This document shows, in pieces, positions 43,032 through 53,500 of a DNA stretch of 64,000 nucleotides. Source of the stretch: a virus (Duplodnaviria; Caudoviricetes); the IMG/VR virus record IMGVR_UViG_3300049859_000309, positions 4,257 to 68,256 of that record. One strand, given 5' to 3'. A program made the translations under genes and the position numbers. The notes under the pieces are model-generated. The model had not been told where the DNA came from, made no database searches, and saw only the letters and a program-made list of their open reading frames with translations. Position 1 is the stretch's first letter, and each line of letters begins with the position of its first letter.

Positions 43032-43040
43032 TATAGTATC
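43032..43040 (-). promoter_or_regulatory. GATACTATA motif immediately upstream of clpP ATG
   Basis: TACTAT ends 6 nt before the ATG; no RBS. Confidence 0.45.
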
Positions 43041-43051
43041 CTATTCTGAGA

Positions 43052-43903
43052 CTAAGATCTAGCTTTTTTTACGCCAGATTTGACAGAAGCTTCCCACTCA
43101 TGTCGTTTAAAATCGTACTCTTCTTCAAAATAGGGCTCAAGTATAGCTAAAGCCATATCCTCGTCACAGCCACTATTGCCCAGACCCAAGCCAAATTTAA
43201 ACCATGTATTATTTCTACCCTTGGTAAAATCGATGCCTTTAATAAGCTGTTTTTTTAACCATCTCGGGACGTGATTAAAATCGTAAAAATCTTTTGCAGC
43301 GACCTTTTGCCGCATTTTGGGCATTGACTCAGGATATCTTGAAAGCCAGTTTTTTAAATGATCTAGACTTATTCTCTGCCTAACAGATAGTAATTTCTGC
43401 TTGACGCCGTCTCGGTAATTGTTAGGGAATCGAATACTTCTAGATGGGTTTTTTGTTTGCTGGTCTGCCTCAGATAAAACCGCAAGCATCCAAGATGCGT
43501 AAAAATTATACACATCAAGGCTTGGAAGGCTTTCCTCTAAGCATACCGCAAAATGTATGGACTTGGAGCCTGAAAATACGGCAGCTGAGTAGGGTATTTC
43601 CATGCTTTTAATATAAGATAGCTGATCATTCATATCGCCATTATCCATTTCGATTAAGAAATTTCGCATAGCGGTAACATTCTGATCGTTTCTTTGACCC
43701 TTGATCGGATTAATTGCAATCATTTTGATTTCATCCGTTGGGACCTCGACAATAGCACTTTCTAAAGAAGTCAGCTGAACCACGTCCTTATCTAATACCT
43801 CTTGAAGAGATACGCTAGAGTACCCATACTTATTGGTACTGACGCAGACTTCCTCATCTGCATCAAAAAGAACGCTTAAAAAGTCAACGACTTCTTTTTC
43901 CAT
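43052..43903 (-). CDS. DNA primase, AEP/PrimPol-like, with C-terminal PriCT-like domain
   Basis: NFLIEMD, FSGSKSIHF, DQQTKNPSRSIRFP; C-terminal GRNNTWFKFG. Confidence 0.7.
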   Translation of the reverse strand: MEKEVVDFLSVLFDADEEVCVSTNKYGYSSVSLQEVLDKDVVQLTSLESAIVEVPTDEIKMIAINPIKGQRNDQNVTAMRNFLIEMDNGDMNDQLSYIKSMEIPYSAAVFSGSKSIHFAVCLEESLPSLDVYNFYASWMLAVLSEADQQTKNPSRSIRFPNNYRDGVKQKLLSVRQRISLDHLKNWLSRYPESMPKMRQKVAAKDFYDFNHVPRWLKKQLIKGIDFTKGRNNTWFKFGLGLGNSGCDEDMALAILEPYFEEEYDFKRHEWEASVKSGVKKARS

Positions 43904-44271
43904 TACTTGGCAGTGCCAGATACGCTTTCTTTAACAGCTTCAGCAGCTTCTTTTTTAGCTTTTTCTTCAGCAAGTCGTTTAATATTGTCTTCACGAGCTT
44001 GTAGCAATGTCTTAAGCATTCCCAAAATAGCAAGATCTGTCATCTGTACTTCTTTGCGAACAACCTTGTTGCCTAAACGAACAGATTCTTCCGTTACGGT
44101 TCCGTCTTCCAATGTAACTGATCGAGTAATAGGCAATTTTTGATTTCGTAGCTTTTGCCATCTAGAGCTTGAGCCAAAAAGCTCTAGACTTAGCGCTTTT
44201 AATTCATTTCTAAGCTCTAAATTTGTTTGAGCTGACGAGTCTTGAGTTTCTACAACTTCTTGATTTTCCAT
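43903..44271 (-). CDS. Hypothetical protein
   Basis: 122-aa ORF between primase and helicase. Confidence 0.7.
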   Translation of the reverse strand: MENQEVVETQDSSAQTNLELRNELKALSLELFGSSSRWQKLRNQKLPITRSVTLEDGTVTEESVRLGNKVVRKEVQMTDLAILGMLKTLLQAREDNIKRLAEEKAKKEAAEAVKESVSGTAK

Positions 44272-44279
44272 TTTATCTC

Positions 44280-45365
44280 CTATGGCTTTATGCCAAGTTT
44301 GTTCATTTTTTCTTTTTCTACGGATTCAATAAACTCTATATTGTGTTCAACATAAAGCCCTTTGTCCCAGCCAGTAACTATTCGCTGCTGTGCCAGATCT
44401 GATTGCCATCGATGCTTTCTTATAAGCCACTCGGTCATTCGATCGGTCTTGTGAGATTTCATTTCAATAGCACATGTAGCTGCGTTATATATTTCCTTCG
44501 TGCCTTCTATGCGCTCTTTAAATTCAATAACGTTTCCGTTCTTATCTTCTTTTTCCGCTCGTACCTGAGCAAGTACGACAAAGCTTGCTGGGTATTTCTT
44601 TTTGAATTGATTGATGTGATTATAAAATAATTTTTGTACCTGAAACTCGGTCAGCGATGGGTTTTCGTTTGATGATTTAATGTTTTGGTAATAGTCAAAA
44701 ATAACCGTATCGTAATATATACCAGTTTTTAAATAAGCATCTAGCATCTGTCCAGTAATTCCGCAAATACCCTCAATCGTAGTAGTGATACCGTTTCCGT
44801 TACCATAGTTTTCATGAATAACTTTCATTTGCTTGCTTAGTACGGGCATGTTTTCAAAGAAAATCTTTTTTTGTTCATCAGTGTAATTAGCGCCTTTGGA
44901 AAAAGGCCACCCATTCTGAAGAGCTGTTACTCGATTATAGGAGTCGTAAGGCGTCTCTTCGTTAGTGATCAAAAGAACTTTTTTGCCATCTTTGATGGTT
45001 CCTAGAGCTAGATTGGCCGCAGTTGTAGACTTACCTTCACCCGATCTAGCTCCTACCAAAATAAGCTGGTATGGGCCGTGAGGGACGTCTTTAAACTCGG
45101 GCCGAATAAAGGTACGTCTGACCTTACCAAGATCCTCTTCTCTTAAATAATCTTCCTGTATAGAAGATATGTCTAAATCATTAGGGGCTATAAAATCGAT
45201 AGATTTAATTTTTTCAGTAGTCTCGATACCATGAATAACCTGTTTATACTGGTTTTCAATGCGTGTTTTTTTGATTAAAGCTTCTTTGCTTAGAAGCTCG
45301 CTTTCTTCAAGCATTTTTTTCTGAAACTCTTCAGAGACTGGAGAAGATAGTTTATAGTCGCTCAT
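44280..45365 (-). CDS. DnaB-like (SF4) replicative helicase
   Basis: Walker A GARSGEGKS, ITNEE, VIFDYYQ, VLAQ, IRKHR. Confidence 0.85.
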   Translation of the reverse strand: MSDYKLSSPVSEEFQKKMLEESELLSKEALIKKTRIENQYKQVIHGIETTEKIKSIDFIAPNDLDISSIQEDYLREEDLGKVRRTFIRPEFKDVPHGPYQLILVGARSGEGKSTTAANLALGTIKDGKKVLLITNEETPYDSYNRVTALQNGWPFSKGANYTDEQKKIFFENMPVLSKQMKVIHENYGNGNGITTTIEGICGITGQMLDAYLKTGIYYDTVIFDYYQNIKSSNENPSLTEFQVQKLFYNHINQFKKKYPASFVVLAQVRAEKEDKNGNVIEFKERIEGTKEIYNAATCAIEMKSHKTDRMTEWLIRKHRWQSDLAQQRIVTGWDKGLYVEHNIEFIESVEKEKMNKLGIKP

Positions 45366-45952
45366 TCTTCCCCTTCTTTCGATTTAGGAGGAGGGGCAAA
45401 CTCAGGATAGTCTTTGACCATTTCCTTAAGGCCATACCTAGCATTGATGTTAATGATAGGTCTTCCTTCGTAGCTGTCCTTGTCCAATTTTTTAAGGTAT
45501 CTCGCATATCTCTCTTCTTTAGAAAGATTCTGATCAAATATCTCAAAGTTAATAGTATCATTGATTATCTTTTCTTCAAAGTTTTCTTTTGAGCCAAAAG
45601 TAGGGGCTTGTGTAGGAGTCGTTAAAAGACCTTCAGCGCTAGGGTACAAATCGTCTAAAAAAAGACTGATGATGTTTTTTGTTTCCTCTATCTTTTCAGA
45701 TCTGTTAAACTTCTTAAGCTTGTTTTTTGGGTGAGGAACACACCTGTCTATAATAACGCGCATAGCAGAAGATAGCTCAATATCCTCTCTGGTATAGTTT
45801 CGAGCTTTCAGCTCCTGAAGGATTGAGAATAAAAAATCTCTAGTATGCGTATGGTGCGGATAAGGAATGCCCTTAAAAAGACCGCCCTGCCAATCAGGAA
45901 AGTCTTTTAGGATTCGCTTGTAAATTACATCCGCAACGGACAGTTCAACCAC
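45362..45952 (-). CDS. Hypothetical protein
   Basis: 196-aa ORF coupled to helicase. Confidence 0.7.
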   Translation of the reverse strand: MVELSVADVIYKRILKDFPDWQGGLFKGIPYPHHTHTRDFLFSILQELKARNYTREDIELSSAMRVIIDRCVPHPKNKLKKFNRSEKIEETKNIISLFLDDLYPSAEGLLTTPTQAPTFGSKENFEEKIINDTINFEIFDQNLSKEERYARYLKKLDKDSYEGRPIININARYGLKEMVKDYPEFAPPPKSKEGEE

Positions 45953-46859
45953 CGCTTAGCTCCACTATCTTTTGATTTATAATAGACTTTAGCTTTTTTT
46001 CGCTGCTAGGTAAAGCTTTTTTTCGTTGTTTAAGAACTTTTATCTTATCTTCAGATCTCAAGCTCTTAAATTCAGAGACCATCATTGTAATTTTTTCAGA
46101 TTGAGCTAGCTCGTCCTCAAATTCTGAAAACTGGTCAGGCCTTAAATAGAACATATTTGTGTGAGGGCCGTGAAAAAGATCTACCGCATCGTCCTTGGAG
46201 AGAAAATTCTTATACGATATGTACTTGTATTTTTTACTCTTATGGCTAAAATCTTCGTACCTAAAGTCTTTTTTCATTTCCTTTTTAAGGGCGACTACCT
46301 CAGTGTTTGAAAGCTCTCTGTAGCCATATTTTTTAGGATCTCTAGCTATTTCTAAGACCAGCTCTGTATCAAGATTTGGATTTATTTGCTCAAAAAAACT
46401 GGAAATTTCCTTAGTTCCTCTGATATTTCTTATCTTGGCTTTTGATATACGGACCAAATCGCTAAGTCTTTGGTTTAGGAAAAAAATAAAATTGGACTTA
46501 TCTTTTTTCGTAATCTCTTCCGCTGTTGGAGGGTAGTCTCGATCTGAATACTTTTCAGCTCTTTTTCTTAAAAAAGACCTCATGGCTGAATCATTGGCCA
46601 CGATACTGAAATTTTCTATAAATGACCAAGCCTGTATATTACAGAAATTGTAAATATCTTTAGGTTCGAAACCTACGGTTTTAAAGAAAGACGTATTTCT
46701 TCTGTAGTATCGAAGGGCTAAAATATCTATTGTGTTTTTATACTCGTGATGAAACTGAGAAAATAAGCCAGTTTGCTCTGGCTTAATTCTTTCTAGGTAG
46801 GAAGATCTTAGGTAGACATCCTCGAAGTGCTCATGAGCATTTTTTCTAGTTTTGCCCAT
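45945..46859 (-). CDS. Hypothetical protein with sigma70 region-2-like segment
   Basis: YKNTIDILALRYY...GFEPKDIYNFCNIQAWSFIENF...FIFFLNQRLSDLVR resembles sigma region 2. Confidence 0.45.
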   Translation of the reverse strand: MGKTRKNAHEHFEDVYLRSSYLERIKPEQTGLFSQFHHEYKNTIDILALRYYRRNTSFFKTVGFEPKDIYNFCNIQAWSFIENFSIVANDSAMRSFLRKRAEKYSDRDYPPTAEEITKKDKSNFIFFLNQRLSDLVRISKAKIRNIRGTKEISSFFEQINPNLDTELVLEIARDPKKYGYRELSNTEVVALKKEMKKDFRYEDFSHKSKKYKYISYKNFLSKDDAVDLFHGPHTNMFYLRPDQFSEFEDELAQSEKITMMVSEFKSLRSEDKIKVLKQRKKALPSSEKKLKSIINQKIVELSGG

Positions 46860-47914
46860 TAGTCTTTTTTCTCCATAGCCTTGATATCTGCGATGATTTT
46901 ATCAAAAAGCTCTTTACTCTCTTTGATTCTTTTAGCCACCTCAGCTTTGCCTCTGATTTTTTCGCCGTAGACCTCGTAACCGCCAGCGCCTAAAGTTTTG
47001 ATAAGGCCGTGATTTTTTCCAAGATCAAAAACCTCTTCGTGCTGGTTAATGATTCCTTCTTTGTAGTCTAAGGTGATAATTCCAGATCTGCCAGCTGTGC
47101 CTATAGAGCTTTGCTCCATTTTAAAATAAATCTTATGACCTGTTTGGTCCTTGTTTCCACGAGCATCTTTTACCGTATCGTCCTCAAACTTATTTCCTTC
47201 GATATCCGCCTTGTCGTCAGCAGATCCAGCTCTTCTGATGTTTACAAAGTATTCAAAAGCGTGACGCTCAGCATAGGACGCGGCCATTTTTTCTTTAGGT
47301 CCGTACTGGCCTCCGTCAATATTTGCTCGAACTTGGGACGACGCCAATAGAGTTATATTATTAGCTTTTAAAAAAGGAACCATTTTTTGAAGACCTTTTT
47401 GAATAGTCAGGGCTCTATCTCCAATTAAATGATCGTTAACAGAGCGATCTCCAGTCATGCTTTTTGTTCCGCCGATTGAAGTTAGCGAGTCGATAACGAC
47501 TGCAGCCAAAGGCATTCCGTCTTGGACCATCGGAATAATATCTCGCTCAAATCTATCAAACACATCTTCTGGCTTGTTTGAGTCGTACATCACAAGACGA
47601 TCGGTGTCTATTGATTTGAACATTCCGTTTTGAAACTTACCGCGCATTTCTGTATTAAAATAAACGACTATTCCGTCTTTTTGATCTTGATGAACCTGAC
47701 CAGATATAGCGTTCATTATTAATGTTTTGCCTGATTTTGGCTCTGAAAAAAATAAAACAGATGAGCCTTTGGGAATTCCGTGCGATTTATTTGCAAAAAT
47801 CCAATTAATATACGGGCTTGGGGTATATATACAGTTTTCTGGAGCAAAAGCGTCGTAATCGTATTTTACAACATCTTCATATTGAGATAACATCTTTGTC
47901 CACTTATTGGCCAT
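46859..47914 (-). CDS. RecA/UvsX-like recombinase
   Basis: Walker A SEPKSGKT, FNTE, VVIDSL, SSQVR, HKIYFKMEQS. Confidence 0.85.
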   Translation of the reverse strand: MANKWTKMLSQYEDVVKYDYDAFAPENCIYTPSPYINWIFANKSHGIPKGSSVLFFSEPKSGKTLIMNAISGQVHQDQKDGIVVYFNTEMRGKFQNGMFKSIDTDRLVMYDSNKPEDVFDRFERDIIPMVQDGMPLAAVVIDSLTSIGGTKSMTGDRSVNDHLIGDRALTIQKGLQKMVPFLKANNITLLASSQVRANIDGGQYGPKEKMAASYAERHAFEYFVNIRRAGSADDKADIEGNKFEDDTVKDARGNKDQTGHKIYFKMEQSSIGTAGRSGIITLDYKEGIINQHEEVFDLGKNHGLIKTLGAGGYEVYGEKIRGKAEVAKRIKESKELFDKIIADIKAMEKKD

Positions 47915-47920
47915 TTTTTC

Positions 47921-48436
47921 CTACCTTTGGTAAATATTCGAATTCATTCCACTTCTAATCATCAAATCCATTTGCTTTTTCATGTAAGCTGAAACTCTTT
48001 CCATGACCTTAATTCTTCCGTCAATTAAGGATTGGGCCGCTTTAAGCTCGTCGACCCTATCTTTAGCTGTCTGTACATCGGCATCTAACGCCATGAAAGC
48101 TTTTCGACCGTCTGCATTATCAAAAGACTTAGGCTTATCTTTCATAAACTCTATGTATTTTTCAAGCAACGCCGTAGCCTTAGCTTTTTCTAGCGCGTCC
48201 TCTGTTTTAGCCAGCTGAAAGTCTACAAGAGAGCCTGCTTTTTTCAATTCCCTGTAGGCGTCATTGACCATAAACTCAAGATCGTTGTACGTAGCTATGT
48301 TGACGTTCTTTGTTTCGAGAAGTCGCATTTCAGCTATCTTGGTCTTGGTCAGGTCTATTTGAATAGCAGGTAAATTGTTTAGAGCTGGCAGCTCCATTAC
48401 GAAACTGCCGTCTAGTAAACTTTTTTTGTTTTCCAT
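47921..48436 (-). CDS. UvsY-like recombination mediator (putative)
   Basis: All-helical; KAFMALDADVQTAKDRVDELKAAQSLIDGRIKVME resembles UvsY; lies between UvsX-like and gp32-like genes. Confidence 0.45.
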   Translation of the reverse strand: MENKKSLLDGSFVMELPALNNLPAIQIDLTKTKIAEMRLLETKNVNIATYNDLEFMVNDAYRELKKAGSLVDFQLAKTEDALEKAKATALLEKYIEFMKDKPKSFDNADGRKAFMALDADVQTAKDRVDELKAAQSLIDGRIKVMERVSAYMKKQMDLMIRSGMNSNIYQR

Positions 48437-48437
48437 A

Positions 48438-49442
48438 TTACTGATTGATCATTTTCATAAATTCTTCATCAGACATGGCATTTACGTTTTTACCAGCAGC
48501 GACCGCCGTATTTGATACGGTAGTTGTCGTGGTAGCGTTTTGAGATGTCTGTGTCTGAGTAACTGGTGTGCTCTGTGCGGCTTTTTCAACCACTGGAGCA
48601 GCAGTTAATTTGTTTTCTGGAATGTCGTCAGCTTCTTCAACCTCTTCCGCAGTTTCCGCCACAGCAGAAGATGCAGAATTGCTATTTAAAATAGCATCTA
48701 ATGTTTTAACGTCTCCTGCAATATCAGCCTTAACAACAGCTTCAATTTCTTCTGGAGTCAACACCTTAAACATTTTAGTAAGATTTAAAGAAACTTCATC
48801 CTCAAGACGATTTAAAGTGGCCTCGTCAAGCTTGGCTACTTTTTCTTTTTCTACCTTACCCACTCCTGCGATTTCCATTGATTCTTTGTATGTAAAAACC
48901 TGATGAGCCGTGTCTAAAGCATTTCCAGATCTACGGAAAACTATAAAGCGACCGTTTTCAACATCCATAATATCGACACCAGCAGCTTTTTGACGATCGA
49001 TCTCTAATCGCAAAACTTCCATTGATTTGTAAGGAATTTTTAAAATCCCTAACTTTCCATCTAAAGTCATAGCGTTCATGTAGAATTTCTTGTCAAGATT
49101 ATATCGCTCTTTTAGAGATTTGTACATTTTGGCTTTTTCTACATCGCGAACCTCTAAGGCCTGCTTGTATAAAGCTTCAATCTGATCAATTCGATCGCAA
49201 GCCAAATCAGGCACTTCAACCATTTTGGTTTTACGGTTAACTACCTTGGTTGATAAAAATGGCTTCATGCGGCCAGTAGAGTCTTTGTAACCAAAATGAG
49301 TAGCTAGGTAAGCATTCCATTTACCTTCATCTGCTAACTCGCCTAGAGGCGGCAAGATCATAAAAACTGAATCGCCATCCTTTAATTTAAAGATTTCTCT
49401 ATTGCCTTTTCCTGTTTTTGGTTTACCGATTTTTACTGCCAT
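48438..49442 (-). CDS. Phage gp32-like ssDNA-binding protein (putative)
   Basis: FKLKDGDSVFMILPP...HFGY...KKFYMNA...GRFIVFRRSG; low-complexity acidic C-terminus. Confidence 0.6.
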   Translation of the reverse strand: MAVKIGKPKTGKGNREIFKLKDGDSVFMILPPLGELADEGKWNAYLATHFGYKDSTGRMKPFLSTKVVNRKTKMVEVPDLACDRIDQIEALYKQALEVRDVEKAKMYKSLKERYNLDKKFYMNAMTLDGKLGILKIPYKSMEVLRLEIDRQKAAGVDIMDVENGRFIVFRRSGNALDTAHQVFTYKESMEIAGVGKVEKEKVAKLDEATLNRLEDEVSLNLTKMFKVLTPEEIEAVVKADIAGDVKTLDAILNSNSASSAVAETAEEVEEADDIPENKLTAAPVVEKAAQSTPVTQTQTSQNATTTTTVSNTAVAAGKNVNAMSDEEFMKMINQ

Positions 49443-49443
49443 T

Positions 49444-50478
49444 TTACACGTCCTTTTCTTGTTTTTTCTTTCGAATTGTTTCGATTGATTTTTTAATGTT
49501 TTCTGGGCTTATTTCTTTAATTTGAGCTGTTGCCAATTCTTTAACGGACTTGCTTACCGAACCCACAGCCAATACATGGAATGACTTAGATATGCTTTTA
49601 AGGCCTCTGGCTACATCGCTGACCGTATCAAGATCAGAGTAGGTAATAGCTACAGCAAGACTTTGTCCAGCGAAATCTTCATTAGCTGCTACTTTTGCGG
49701 CGGCTTCTAGTGCGGCCATTCCGACCATTTCAGAGCCAACTTCTTTATTGATCATTGTCTTAAGCAATGACATCGCGCCTTTTCTGTCGGAGATTTTTGA
49801 GTTGTAAGACTGTTTAAAAATAGGAGATGGGTAGCTGTTGACATCTATTTCGATAGCCTTATCCTCAATAAACCGACCAATAACATCAAACAAGGCCGAT
49901 GTGTTGGCGTGACCATCGTACATCCGAGGAGGGACTCTGTTTAGGATATCTTCATAAAAAGAATCGGCGTCATAAACAAACATACCTTCTTCTTGAAGGG
50001 CCGCTCCAGCACCTTCCAAGTCTTTACCTGCGACAAGCACTACAACAAGTCTTTTTGAGATCTCTGCCTTGTATTGAAGGTAAAGGTTTTCTAAAATAGA
50101 AACGGCGGATCGCTGTCTATTTAGGCGAGACTGTAGGGTTGAAGGGTTTGATTTTTCCCTATCTATAACCTCTGTAGCAATTTGTCTCTGGGATTTTATC
50201 TGTTCTACTATTTTTTCTAGGCTCACTTTTAGGCCTCCTTTTATATTAAAATATTTTTCGACATCTTTATCATTTTTAAAACTTGCGATAAAGTCTTCTA
50301 GCTGTTTTCGACCTAATACCGTATTATCAGCCGTTTTCTCACAAGTCAAGCGGCCACCCATATAGGATATCCTAGCGTGTAATTTTTTCTCATCATACGA
50401 TAGGTAGATGTACGTTTTGGTGTTTAAGTCAACTCTTTTTTCTTCTAAAATATTCAGTTCTACGTAGCTTTCTATCAT
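49444..50478 (-). CDS. Hypothetical protein, possible degenerate NMP-kinase-like C-terminal domain
   Basis: VVVLVAGKDLEG...FVYDADSFYEDI resembles dephospho-CoA/dNMP kinase start but lacks GK[ST]. Confidence 0.5.
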   Translation of the reverse strand: MIESYVELNILEEKRVDLNTKTYIYLSYDEKKLHARISYMGGRLTCEKTADNTVLGRKQLEDFIASFKNDKDVEKYFNIKGGLKVSLEKIVEQIKSQRQIATEVIDREKSNPSTLQSRLNRQRSAVSILENLYLQYKAEISKRLVVVLVAGKDLEGAGAALQEEGMFVYDADSFYEDILNRVPPRMYDGHANTSALFDVIGRFIEDKAIEIDVNSYPSPIFKQSYNSKISDRKGAMSLLKTMINKEVGSEMVGMAALEAAAKVAANEDFAGQSLAVAITYSDLDTVSDVARGLKSISKSFHVLAVGSVSKSVKELATAQIKEISPENIKKSIETIRKKKQEKDV

Positions 50479-50508
50479 TACCTATCCTATCTCATTTAGA
50501 TACAGCTG

Positions 50509-53500
50509 TCAAACGCTTTCTACTATTATTTCTACTATTGATGATGGCGAGCTTTCTTTTGCTGGTTTACCATACATTGCTTTTTTGGCAGCTCTTTTCT
50601 GCATTAAAAACAAACACACCGAACCCTTTTTAATATCCTTGGGCGCTCCTAGCTTACCAGTATCGTAGTCAGGCCACATCACTTTTTCTATGATGTGGCC
50701 GTCACAGTCAATCACAACCTTTAATGCTTTTTTAGTATTTTCAGAATACGTGAATTCTTTACAATCTATGACGTACCCGACTATTAAAAAGTTTATATTT
50801 TTAGGTCCTATATCTTTCATGATATCCAAACGCTGCATCCAGTCGCCGTTTCGTAAAAAATACATTTCACCTCGCGGTGTTGAGATGAGCGGGCTCTCTG
50901 GACTTCCTTCGTTTTTTCGAGACCCGTGCTGCAGATACAGCTCTGTAAGATTGCTGGATATTGTGGGAAAGATAGCTTTTTTTAGCTGAAAGTCTTTAAG
51001 GGGACTCAGAGTTAAATAGGTAGGATCTATCTCTCCTTTTTTCAGCACAGGTTTTTTCTTGCCCGTTTCTACATTTTTATCGTACTTGGCCTGCATGACA
51101 GCATCTTCATAGTCTTGCATTTTTTGCAACAACGAATGGCTCGCTGGAAACAAGCTGTCCATAGCTCCGACATGAATCAGTCGTCTTGTAAGAGTGGGTC
51201 CTGCTGGATCTTTTTTAACATAATCCAGTATGTCTTTATAAGGTCGATTCTCAACAATTGGAGCAATTGATTTTTCTCCAACGCCTTTTAAGACCCCAAG
51301 CTTTGCTCTGATCTTGTTTTTATCATAATCTATGGTCATTTGAGAGCCAGAGTAGTTAATATCTGGAGCAATTACCAAGTCTTTTACATACTTGAACAGC
51401 TCCGTAGATATTTCGCCTTCGTCAGCATTAGATAAAACTGCGGCCCACCACTCCAAAGGATAGTGATACTTCAGGTACATGGATTGATAGGATAGGACGG
51501 CGTAAGAAACGGCGTGAGATTTATTAAAACCATAGCGCGAAAAAGTTTCCATTTGTGCCCAGATGGTTTCAGCTTTTTCAAGACCCAGTTTTTTGACTGC
51601 GTTTTCCATAAACACGGGCTTCATTTTAAGAGCTTTTTCTTTTTCTTTCTTTGAGAGAATTCTTCTCAGTTCTTCCGCGTCATCAGGATGCATTCCGCCA
51701 AGCTCGGTAGATACTTTAGAAACCTGCTCTTGATATGTGATAACTCCTGAAGTTTCTGGAAGTAACTCGGCTAGCTCTGGGATGTCTGGCTGGCTACGAC
51801 CAAAGCGTCTTTCGACGTATTCATCGGCCATGTTTCGACCTGTTTTTGGGTCGATGAAGTCCAATGGACCTGGTCGATACAGGGCCAGAATCAAAGCTAC
51901 TTCTAGTATGGATTTAGGTTTTAATTTTTTAGTAAAAGATGCCATGCCAGACGTATTTAACTGAAATATAGTCGAGGTTTCTCCGTCCCACACTGTTTTA
52001 AAAACCTCTTCCTCCTCAGGAAGATCGTGAAGATTTAAAAAATTGTCGTTATGCCATATGTGGTATGGCGGGATATCAAGCTTACCACTTTTTTTGTTAA
52101 TAAGCTCCATGCACAGCTGAACATCTTCAAGCTGCTTGACTACTAAGAAATCATATTTTATAAGACCTGCTTTTTCAACCTCTTTAGCCTCATACTGGAT
52201 AAACTTATCATCAAATAAAGGCACTACATCTCTGATAGGTCTGTCTGCTATTATAAACGCAGATGCGTGTACGGAAGTCTGTCTAGAGATGCCCAAGCAT
52301 TTTTGAACAATCTCCCATTCTTGGGGTTTGCGTCTCACATATTCTTTAAAGTCTTCATTGCCTTCGATCAATCCATCAGTATGGACTCCGTCCTCATCCT
52401 CGTACCCAAACACAAACTTTAAATCCGATATTCCTTGCGGGGCCACGGGAAGAGATTTTGAAAGAGACTGAACATAAGGCTCAACCTTACCTTTATTAAA
52501 AAAACGATTTACGTCAAGTATTGAAGATTTAAGTCTTAAAAGAGTCCTCGTAGAAACCTGAGACGCTCGATCTCCCCACGTTTCATATAAAAAACCACTG
52601 TGTTTATCTTTTCCAGTCAATAAAGTACGGCTTTGAAAGTCGCAGTCAACGTCTGGATAGTTACCCATTTTTATACGAATCAGGTTAATAAAACGCTCAA
52701 ATGAAAGATCGTACTTGATAGGGTCGATTTGCGTAATACCGATTAGATATAACAACAAGCTTCCTGCAGCAGAGCCACGGCCAGCGCCTACCATCTCATT
52801 ATGTTTTCTATACTCATCGTAAACTCTCAGCAAAGGAAAAAAATAAGGTAAAAGATCAGTAGTTCCGTTTTTATGAAGCGTCTCTATTTCTTTTTTTAAA
52901 CGAGCTACGTGAGCGGGGCTGTCCCACCTCATACGACCAAGCTCCTTGATAGCTCTCATCGTTCTTTCTAATGGAGTCTCTTCGGTTTCTGGCTTGGGTA
53001 AGCTTATTTGATATTTTAAAGCAAAGCTGTCAAACTGACTTAGCCATTTAGACTGATTGTTCGATATATTAGCTATTTGATCATCAGAAAGCCCAAGAGT
53101 GTTTTTCAAATAGTCAAAAGCCTCTTCCGAGGTTTGCATATGTCTTTGAACATATTCTTTTTTATCTTCAGAAAAAAGTTTAACGTCTTGAACCATTTTA
53201 TCGTCAGCTTCAGCATAGTACGCATAGTCAGAATATAATAATTTAATATCCAGCTCGGACAGCTGTACGAAAAATTTGTTTATCTTTAGCTGTAAATCCC
53301 CGTCCTTAATAGGAACGTTACCGCTAATAAGAGACACGTCTTTTATTTTTTTATTATAGCTAAAATAAATACCGTTTTTGGTTCCGCCGATCAGATCTGT
53401 ATGTCGATCAGGGTTTTCTAAAAGCTCAGAAGCTTTGATTTTTTTAGCTTTATTTGTGTGTAAGTAATCGCTAGACATAAACCACACTTTAGATTTGTCT

